From: the human T2T-CHM13v2.0 reference genome, Homo sapiens
Reading direction: 5' to 3' (one strand)
Assembly: GCF_009914755.1 (NCBI RefSeq)
Contig: NC_060929.1
Length of the DNA stretch: 64,000 nucleotides
Part shown: positions 54,669-64,000 of the stretch, piece by piece
How positions within the stretch are numbered: position 1 is the stretch's first letter
Layout: the number at the start of each line of letters is the position of its first letter
Notes under the pieces: model-generated
Databases searched by the model: none
Told to the model about the DNA's origin: nothing
Seen by the model: the letters and a program-made list of their open reading frames with translations, nothing else
Made by a program: the position numbers and the translations under genes

Positions 54669-55489
54669 CACCCACACTGTTACTTTAGTTTAAAACTTGA
54701 AAACACTAGACTCAATGACATGTTTTCACATGTCTAATGCACATAATCACTGTGGCTGAAGCACCTATTTTGAAAACACCTACATATCTAGTAGAAAGTA
54801 GGTGTAAAATTCAATAACATGTTGGCATCTCTAGTTATATATTTCATCTAAAACTATTAAGAGCGAGGTATGAGCATGAACAGATTTGATTGCATAATCA
54901 TCCTGTGACTGGTGAAATTTGGCTAAAAGGTTTGACAACCTTTGGAAATATTTCCCTTACAGCGGCTGCCCTGTTGTCTCACTGCTCGACTGTACCTGCT
55001 AAGTGTCTTATTTGAAAAAGTAAAGCAAAGTTTATTCTTATTTAAAAAGGTAATAAGAGTAGAAAACCATAAGGTTATTCACAGTTGCCAGACTGATAAA
55101 TGGGACTAAAGGGAAAATAGATCCTAAGCATAGAAATCAATTTAGGTTTCCTACTAAGACATTTGCTGTATTATAATGTCATCCTTGATAGATTGACTCT
55201 TTTATTTCTTATATCTAAACTACCTACTGTTTTTCCCAAAGAAGACAAAAGTACTAATTGAATTGTGTGTTTTGTTTGGAAAATCAGTTGTTATTATCAT
55301 AGATTTATTTGGACATTTATTTTGCACATGCAAATTTATTATGTAAAGATTACTTTGTGAAAATGGTACCTTTCGTATTTACTAATCATTTTTATAGTAT
55401 TTTAAACATTTTATAATAAATGTTAACGCATATTTTCCTATTACTATTTCATGAACCAAGAGGATTTTTTGCAATAATTAATGTAAAGT

Positions 55490-56279
55490 ATCATATAATA
55501 TATCACATTTGTGATGATAGTGAATTATGAAGAATCTTGGTAACATAAAAAAGTCACATTTTTTAATACTCCACAAACCTCATCAGAAGTCTTTAAATAT
55601 TGATAAACTGTCATGCTCAGGGCTGCAGATTTGAGGAATTCAACACTCAAATTTTTCTTTAACAGATATACTTCTCACTTTGGCAATAATGCTGTCACTT
55701 ATTTTCCCTGTCAGCAGCAAATTCACTTTGTTTCTTCAAAAGGAAATCCATTACTCATGTCCGAATGACAATAGTTTGCATGCTAGTCATTTTGCCAGAT
55801 GAACATAGTGCTCCATAAAAAAAGTGGCTAGTTTATCCTACACCTCAACCTCACAAGTGGTTTTCCCAGAGACAAACATATTCTGATTTGCAGCAGAACT
55901 GCTTTATTAAAAATATGTATATTCATTAAATATTTATTAAAATATTAAAAATATAAATGCTCAAAGCTAAAGATTTTTTAATAATTTTCACTGCTTCAAC
56001 AAAACATTCTTAAATGAAAATGTATTTTTTTTAGTTGTGAGTGTATGGTGGTAAAGATTACATTAATACTAATACAACAGAATGCCTGTGCCTTCACTCA
56101 TGTGTAAGAGCCAGGCATTTGACCTACTAATGTTTTTACAACATCAGTCTAAATATCAATGTAACAAAAAAAACACAAATAACATCATAGTATTATTATG
56201 AAAATAGTTTTCAACTGTGGACCACTTGAAAGAGTTTAAGTCCCCCAGGAGATCACAGAGCATATACTGAGGACTGCTG
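55490..56279 (-). mobile_element. Charlie1a fragment
   Basis: Minus strand begins CAGCAGTCCTCAGTATATGCTC..AAAACTATTTTCATAATAATACTA..GTTATTTG, homologous to 13439 onward. Confidence 0.8.
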
Positions 56280-56800
56280 ATATTGTTAAGGCTGCTTTAA
56301 TACACTGTATTTGTGTGTGTGTGCATGTGTGTGTGTGTGTTCTAAAGTTCAAAAAACAGTTACCTGTGTTGATACATACAGAAAAATTTCTAGAAAAGAA
56401 ATAATACAAGAGCATATACACTAACTGGAATGTAATTAGCTACGTTTTTTTCCAAACTGACCAAAAAACTCAACTCCAAATAATCCAAACCATTTAAAAC
56501 AATTATAAAAATTCCTAAATAACAAAAGAATAGAAAGAACCTTATCTAAATTATGATTACAGACTATTTAAAAAATGACTATATATTTATATACCATATA
56601 TAATTACTATATATGTAGTTTCTTAACACATGGCATTTAGTCTATGATTTCTTATGGTATCTTCAATATGTTATCTTAATATATGCTATTTCACAAAGCC
56701 ACACTCAGAGTAAAACTTACGGTTTTACTATTTTAATCAATATTAATGCACTGAACATCCAACTTAAACCTGAAGCAAGAACAAAAAATTAAAACCCTGT

Positions 56801-56950
56801 ATTTTTTTTAACTTTTATTTTAAGTTCCAGGGTACATGTGCAGGATGCGCAGGTTTGTTACAGAGAGAAACATGTGCCATGGTGGTTTGCTGCACACATT
56901 ATCCCACCCCCTAGGTATTAAGTCTAGCATCCATTAGCTATTCTTCCTGA
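56801..56950 (-). mobile_element. L1PA10-12-type 3' terminus
   Basis: ttttttaacttttattttaagttccagggtacatgtgcagg..gcatccattagctattcttcctga. Confidence 0.88.
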
Positions 56951-57699
56951 ACATGCATTATTTTTAAAAGAAATTAAACTGGTCGTATTTAAGATTTAAA
57001 AAATGCCAAATATTAGCAAATTTAACAACATAATTTGTCTTTCTATTATTATTCAATTATCATTTCCTTGATAGACTGTGATATATATGATGATATTTTC
57101 TATCGAATTGTACCACCAGAAAATCAGTAATCTGGAAAAGATGCATATTTTTCTGATTATGATAAGAGAAAAATTACTGAAATTATCAAAATAATTAGGA
57201 AATATACAATATCAATAATGTTTTTAACACCATTTTCATCTTTTTTTTTTCTTAAGGTCTAGCTAATGTGAAAAAAATAAAAAGCACATTTATGAAAAGT
57301 AGGAATATGGATATTGTTAGCATTATTTACATATGATAATTTACCTGAAAGTGACAAAAAAAAACACTGCATTTTATAAAAGTAAAACCTTTTCTATATA
57401 ACAGATATTACTAAGCAGAAAACAGAATGGGATGCATGCAAATTACATAATACGATTTTGAAGAAGTAAACACCTGTGTGTGTGTGTGTCTGCACATTTG
57501 TGTTTATGTTTGTTTTTATATCAACACAAAGAAAAAAGTTGTTGAGGGACACACTGCTATGCTAAAACAGTACAGGGACAATGGAAGAGACTAGGAACAA
57601 TTGCAACTTTATTTTTATACATTGGTACAATGAAACATGCATTACTCTTTTTTAATTGTTGAAAAATACAGAACATTTAAGGGAAATTGGTATATTACT

Positions 57700-58150
57700 T
57701 AGAAGAACTGAAACAGTATCAATGCTTTTAAACGTTAATTTGTAGACATTATCTAAATAAAAATACAGAGATATCTGTGGAAAATGGAAGAGAAGATTTG
57801 AAGAAATGAAGAAAAATTATTGATGTTCCAGGATAGGAAATCCAAATATTATAAATATTATATTCCATCTGTAAAATTATCTCTGGGACTTGACAAAAAT
57901 TATATTAAATGTATCTTGGAATAGGAAAAATAAAACATCACCAAGAATTATTTGAAGAGAGGTAAAGAAAGAGATGAGTTTCTCCACAAAATACTTGAAA
58001 GCAATATTTTAAAATCTATTTTTAATTAAAGTATTTTACTGGTCCAGAATCAGAAAGATAATTTTAAGGCATCAGAATTGAAAGTCTACATCATACTACT
58101 TTTTAATATAATTTGACAGTACAGCAGTTCAAATTAAGCAAACATAAAAC
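57700..58150 (+). mobile_element. Ancient L1 (L1M/ME) ORF2 fragment
   Basis: atgttccaggataggaaatcc..ggacttgacaaaaattatattaaatgtatcttggaa..actggtccagaatcagaaag. Confidence 0.5.
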
Positions 58151-58704
58151 ATCACATTGTCAAATGAGACTCAAACAAACCACACAACTTGGTACAAAGT
58201 CTCCCTAATAACTAAGGATGCAAAGAATCAAGAAGCACAGATGTCTCTCAGTAAAGTTGCAAGTTACTTCACCCAGCAAGATGCTTTTATGTGATAAAAC
58301 ATTCAATTTTGCCCATCAGGGAGTTGTATAACTTATATGATTCTCTCCAAGGAGAAGTACTTAATAAATGAATTGAGTAAAAGTGTATTTACTACAAACA
58401 ATCCTATACCTGGAACACTCTTTACAGTGCATTCCATAGGTCAGCACTCCCCTCCCAGAAATTATCGTCTGTCCATTTACCAGGAGATCCATTAGTTACA
58501 ATGGAATTAGACACTTATCTTTTTTCCCCTGGAAGTACTTCTCCCTGATTCCTCAATCAGAAAACAAATGGATCACAGCCTGACTATTTTAATTCCTTGC
58601 TCAAGCTTTTCTAGTGGTCTCTCTGCATTGGCTAATTTTAACTTTTTCATAGCACAGTAATTTCTGGAAAATAACACTTCTTACACAATGGTTGGAGGCT
58701 TCAA

Positions 58705-59338
58705 GAGTGAGTATTCTGTTAGCTCATGCAAGAAGTGCTTATTTAAAAAAGCATGACACCCCTCCCCTCACTTTTTTGCTCCTTCTCTTGTTTTATGATG
58801 CCTGCTCCCCTTTGCCTTCCACATCCATGAAAACTTCCTGAGGTCCCTTGGCAGAAACAGATGCTGGCTCCATGTTTCTTGTATAGCCTGCAGAACTGTG
58901 AGCCGAATCAACCTTTTATTTATGTTACCCAAACTCGGGTATTCTTTTACAGCAGTCCCCAAGCTTTCTAGCACCAGGGCCTTGTTTCTTGGAAGACAAT
59001 TTTTCTACCACTTTGTGGGGTGGGGGTGTGTGTGGGTGGAGAGGGTATGTTTTCTGGATGAAATTGTTCCACTTCAGACCATCAGGCATCAGTTAGATTT
59101 TCATAAGGAGTGTGCAGCCTAGATCCCTCACATGCACAGTTCACAAGTTCATGTTCCTGTGAGAATCTAATGCCAACTACTGATCTGACAGGAGGCAGAA
59201 CTCAGGCAGTAATGCTGGCTCACTGGCCACTCACCTCCTGCTGTGCTGCCTGGTTCCTAACTGGCCACTGACCAGTACCAGTACACAGCCTGGGGCTTGG
59301 GAACCCTTGCTTTATATCAGTGCAAATGGACTAAGACA
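58705..59338 (+). mobile_element. MST (MSTB-like) LTR 3' part, split by MER1B
   Basis: cagatgctggctccatgtttcttgtatagcctgcagaactgtgagcc..ggtattctttt, resuming cagtgcaaatggactaagaca. Confidence 0.85.
58950..59309 (+). mobile_element. MER1B (hAT-Charlie)
   Basis: CAGCAGTCCCCAAGCTTT..GGAAGACAATTTT..GTTAGATTTTCATAAGGAG..TTGGGAACCCTTG. Confidence 0.92.
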
Positions 59339-59769
59339 TATGATTACTATAATATACTTTAAAGCACAATCTTCATTTTATATAGGGTGATGTTTTTACT
59401 ATGGATCTTGGATAGTCACTTAGTGTGACTGAGAGTTCACTACTGGCAGATGATCAAGTATTTTTAAACAGAACAGGCTGTTCTGGAGGCTGCTACAAGT
59501 AGCTTAGCTACTCCCCTCCCCCGCCTTATATTGCTTTTTTCGCTAATTTAAATAATAATTGTTAGAAATGTATTTTCATTGGTAGAAGTAAATTGTAGAA
59601 TTACCATAGTGATTTTTTTAATAAAAAGGTCTCCCATTATTTAAATCACTAGGTGTTACACTCTGTACACACTGGCCTATTTTACAAAAAAAAAAATTAG
59701 ATGGGATAATTTGGAAATAAGAAAAGTGGAATAGTTCATCACCACAATAATCTGCAAAACACTTCTCTA

Positions 59770-59891
59770 GAATGTAGCCACACCTCCCTCTAGGGACCTT
59801 TTCACTGAAAGGAATGGTTAAGTATTTTAGTTACAAAATACTCAGTATAAAAGGATGCCATATTTTGGGGTGACAGTACTTGACTCCTTAA
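59770..59891 (-). mobile_element. ERV1 LTR end fragment (MER34/39-like)
   Basis: aaaatactcagtat..tgccatattttggggtg..tgactcctta resembles the reverse of MER34-group LTR starts. Confidence 0.35.
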
Positions 59892-60263
59892 TTACCTAAT
59901 ATCATCATTACTAATTTACTAACATGCAAAAAGAAGTGTGAGTAGCTCAAGGAAGGATCACATTTTGCTTATCTTTGTGTTGCATCATTTTTTCAGTCAG
60001 TGTCTGGCTTACAACCAATAATCACGGATCATATAATAAATAAATAGATGAAATGTGCATACGTACATTTTATACATACATATATGTGTATATAAATTTT
60101 TATATAGCCAGTTTTGTTAATTATGCACATTTGGATTATTTCAGGGGCTAACCAAATCTCACAAAACTTTAATAAAAGTTAAATACAATACAACAAGAGA
60201 AACAAAACCACAGAAGGACATCTGAGATGGTCTGACACTTCTAGAGATATCTTCCAGAGTACC

Positions 60264-60565
60264 GGCTGGGCGCAGTGGCTCATGCCTGTAATCCCACCAC
60301 TTTGGGAGGCCGAGGCGGGCGGATCACGAGGTCACAAGATCGAGACCATCCTGGCTAACACGGTGAAACCCCGTCTCTACTAAAAATACAAAAAATTAGC
60401 CGGGCGTGGTGGTGGGCACCTGTAGTCCCAGCTACTGAGGCTGAGGCAGGAGAATGGCTTTAACCCGGGAGGCGGAGCTTGCAGTGAGCCGAGATAGCGC
60501 CACTGCACTCCAGCCTGGGCGACAGAGCAAGACTCTGTCTCAAAAAAAAAAAAAAAAAAAAAAAA
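60264..60565 (+). mobile_element. AluY
   Basis: GATCGAGACCATCCTGGCTAACACGGTG and GGCGGAGCTTGCAGTGAGCCGAGAT, with a long pure A-tail. Only a 6-bp flank match (AGTACC). Confidence 0.95.
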
Positions 60566-60683
60566 GAATTAGTACCATGTCTTCACTCCACGTCTTAGGG
60601 AGATAAGCACAGAGTTGGGAGAGATCAGATCCCCATGAGACCTCATTTACACAATGTGTGTGTTATATTTTTGGTGGGGAGTG

Positions 60684-60723
60684 GAGAGAGAGGGAGAGAG
60701 ACACAGAGAGAGACAGAGAGAGA
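60684..60723. repeat. (GA)n-like repeat
   Basis: Direct read. Confidence 0.85.
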
Positions 60724-61063
60724 AGCCATAAAGGAGTCTCGTAATAATAGTGTTCATGCTTCAAAAGAAACAGTTAATCTAATATACTTTCTTGAAAGCT
60801 GATGTATTAAGATCTTAATCGTAATCCAGAAACAGGAAAACAAATGCTTATATTTTCTTTGACCTCACATGGAAGCTGAAAAATCTATTCTTTAATTTAA
60901 AAACAAGTATCTTGCCAAAAGTAATTTTTTAGCTAAATTAATATTAAAAGCAATGAATGGTCAAGATAATTATTGGATTAAATTTAGATGGGGAAAACAC
61001 TGACTTCTAAATTTAGTGGGGCATAGTTCAGCAACAAAAAGCCTTCCCAAAGAGTCTCCTTTT

Positions 61064-61084
61064 CATATATATATATATATATAT
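61064..61084. repeat. (AT)n microsatellite
   Basis: Direct read. Confidence 0.9.
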
Positions 61085-61099
61085 TTTCATTTGTATATC

Positions 61100-61320
61100 C
61101 CTGATTTTCTTGCCATATTTTAATTGTGAAATGGTGTGCAAATTACTTAACCTCTTGTGCATGTTTCTTTATCTGTATAATGGGGATTAAAACAGTATCT
61201 TTCTCACTGTACCTTATGGGAATTAAAGTAGTTCATAGCCATGAACTGTTTAAAATAATTTGCATTACACAAAGTATGTGCTCAAGAGTATTAAACAATA
61301 TGTTATTGTTAGCCACATTA
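61100..61320 (+). mobile_element. MIR
   Basis: gcaaattacttaacctcttgtgcatgtttctttatctgtataatggggattaaaacagtatct, the MIR core. Confidence 0.78.
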
Positions 61321-61774
61321 GTGTGTTATATTATGCTGTTAAGGGTTGTCAGACATTTGATTTTATTATTTCTCAAATGCTTTAATGGTCAGGAGTTTGT
61401 GTTCATGTTATTTCTCTCCCATTTTTTCAAAACTTTAGGTCAATGCTACACAGGCTTGATTGCTCATTTAATTAATGTATATTTTAGTGTTATTTGGTAC
61501 AGGTGTGTTCTGCTTGTTTTACACAGCCTCAAGCTGATCAGGTCTAATGTCTGTTTTACTCTGAATTTTTTAAAAATTGGTTCACTCTCATATTATTGCT
61601 AAGATAGACATTTCAATGATGTTTATGTTTCATATGGCCTGAAAATAAATCGACTTTTTAAATTTTTAAATATATTACAAATTGCACCACAATCATTTCC
61701 AAAATTAATTAAACATAGCAATAACCATTGCATTGTACATATTCTTTTTGCAATAAACTTAATTTTCAAAAAAA

Positions 61775-61992
61775 AATTATTTGTTTTAGAAAAGTTTTAG
61801 GTTCAAGGCCAAACTGAGCAGAAGATAAAGATTTGCCATGTATTTTCTTCCCTCATATGTTTGCAGCTTCCCCCATAACTGATGTCCTGCACTAGAGTGG
61901 TATACTTGCTACAATTGATGAACCCACATTGACACATCATTATCATTCAAAGACCATAGTTTATGTGAGGTTCTCTCTTGCTAGTACATATT
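61775..61992 (-). mobile_element. L1MC1/2-type 3' end
   Basis: agttttaggttca..aaactgagcagaag..agagtggtatacttgctacaattgatgaacccacattgacacatcattatca. Confidence 0.82.
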
Positions 61993-63470
61993 ATTTTCAT
62001 GCATTTATTATGCAACATTTTTGGTATTTTTAACTCATTGGATATTTACACCACTTCAGAACCTTTAAATAGGCCCCCAATACATGAAATACCCAAAATA
62101 AATAATGTGCTGCATTTACCATTTCATGATATTTCAAATAAAATAATATGAAAAATATTTTCCAATCAAAATAACAAAATACATAGTTGAAAGGATCCTC
62201 CAAGGTGACCTACAAATTAAGAAAATTTAAGACAGATGCACAGTCTGAGATTGTTGCATAAACTGCTGTTTCCTGGAAATAATATTTATAAAATTGACTG
62301 GTGTCATAAAGTAGTTAACAAATCTCCAGCTCCAATCAATGAACAAAATTATCTACAAAATCAGAGCCAATTATTGCACTTTAAAGCAAAAGTCTTATAA
62401 TTCCCAGACATCATCATCACCATTATTATTAACCAGGTTTCTCAAGCAACATTTTAAGTAATATTCTTCATCAGAAACCCCCTCCCCTCTATACACACAA
62501 GGATGATGGATGGAAGCATTTGCATTCTTAAATGAGCATGCGAGGAAATTAAAGGAAATTTTAGAATGTTGTAGACTCTAGAATCCTGCCATGCTTGGTT
62601 TCCCACTGTGCCACACTAGTCCCTGCTTTTCACAGTAAAATGACATGCACAGCAGGAAAACCAGACAAAAAGGCTCTTAATTATCAGTAATGGCCCAACA
62701 TTCAAAGATGCTAGCTTCTGCAAACCTTGGAAGTAATCATTGTTTCCATTAGTGTTTCTGTTTATCCTCAGCTTTTTAAAACATTTGTTAGCCAATTAAT
62801 GATTAATTTCCATCCTATCAGAAGGCACAGAGCATTTTAAATGAGACTTCTGCCTCTTAACACTCTGTACAGGCATTCACATATTAACAGTTCGGTAATT
62901 TATACATACCTATAAATACAAACACTTTTTTACATTATTCTTCACATATCTAAAAGAACCTATGCAGAGAGATAGTAACAAAATGTTACTTTCTCAACAT
63001 CTGTTAAATGTATTAGGAAACAAAAAATTAATTTTACTCATTTTATGTACAGATAACAAAATAGCATGTAACATTGCAGAAATTACAGTAAATTATCAAA
63101 TTACAGAAATTATTAAATTAATTTCATAAATGTTTACTCTTAACAAAGGGGTTGCTTTTCCCTGTTAAATTTTGCAATAACAATGTGGAAAATGAAACTA
63201 AAGTTTTTAAAACTTTAGGTATCATTTTGGGAATAAATAAAAAGTAAGATCAAATTACTGATAATGCACACAAGATTTCATTTCTTTAAAGGAGTAACAA
63301 AGGACCATATAGTTTTATTAAATCTCTAGGCTGAAAAGAAACTTATATTTTATGGTATTCCACTGAAAATCTCCATTTTTTTATATAAAACTTTATCAAA
63401 ATAGTTGTCCAGTCTCTAAATAAGTTCCATGACAGAAATCTCACTGCTAATAAGCAATCAGAAAGCTAAT

Positions 63471-64000
63471 ACAATCATTCACTAATCATCAGGGAAATGC
63501 AAATTAAACCCACAATAAGGTATCACCTCACCCCTGTTAGGATGGCTATTATAAAAAAGACAAGACATAACAAATATTGATCAGGATGTGGAGAGAAAGA
63601 AATCCTTGTACATTGTTGGTAGGACTGTTAACTGGCACAGCAATTATAGAAAATAATATGTAAGTTCCTCAAAATATTAAAAATAGAATTAACATTATCC
63701 AGTAATCCTTCTTCTACATATATACCCAATAGAAATGAACAGTATGCTGAAAAGACATTTGCACTCACGTTTATTGCAGCATTATTCTCAATAGCCAAGA
63801 TATGAAAATAACGTAAGTATCCATCAATAGATACATAAAGAAAATGTAGTTATTATTTAGTCTTAAAAAAGAAAGAAATCCTGCCATTTGTGACACCATG
63901 GGTAAACCTGGAGGACATTGCACTGAGTGAGATAAGTCAGGTGCTGCATGATCTCCCTTATATGTGGAATCTAAAAACGTCGAGTTCATAGAAACAGAGT
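63471..64000 (+). mobile_element. L1MA/MB ORF2 C-terminus and 3' UTR start (runs off the window)
   Basis: cactaatcatcagggaaatgcaaattaaacccacaataaggtatcacctcac..gaaatcctgccatttgtgacaccatgggtaaacctggaggacatt. Confidence 0.9.

Noticed and set aside
54776-54805. ACACCTAC...GTAGGTGT inverted repeat
   Set aside because: An 8-bp stem with a 14-nt spacer is expected by chance in 64 kb.
48595-54965. Further plus-strand acceptor-like sites (about 48616, 50183, 52203, 54962)
   Set aside because: No convincing paired donor or open frame, and such sites are frequent in T-rich DNA.
61126-61602. 158-aa hydrophobic ORF as a membrane protein
   Set aside because: It has a non-ATG (GTG) start, overlaps a MIR, and its T-rich composition explains the hydrophobicity. 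No recognisable domain.

Overview
AT-rich primate (very likely human) intergenic or intronic DNA, dominated by interspersed repeats. These include Alu J/S/Y, a full-length dead L1PA7, older L1MA/MC/ME and L2/MIR fragments, solo LTRs (THE1B x2, MST, MLT1 x2, MLT2B, MER31/67-like) and DNA transposon relics (Tigger2/2b, Charlie1a x2, MER1B, MER5, MER94). I recognise no cellular protein-coding gene, RNA gene or CRISPR array. Nearly all ORFs in the track are repeat-derived or random; only the L1 ORF1/ORF2 fragments and the Tigger2 transposase remnant reflect real (dead) proteins. I see no new enzymatic or defence system. The most unusual content is a set of DNA-repair and retrotransposition scars. 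(1) An 89-bp insertion at 22840-22928 is built from nested perfect palindromes around a 35-bp exact copy of sequence 3.3 kb downstream. (2) A 36-bp inverted self-templated insertion lies in L1PA7 ORF2. (3) That L1PA7 carries a ~107-bp 3' transduction, supported by a displaced TSD. (4) A 64-bp young L1 is nested in its ORF1. (5) A TA-flanked Tigger2/Tigger2b composite has two 3' ends. (6) An L1MA is locally duplicated and split. There are also a strong CTCF motif, an intact DUX4 motif in one THE1B, and several splice-site-defined exon candidates on both strands. Repeat subfamily calls come from recalled consensus features, and boundaries of old repeats are approximate.
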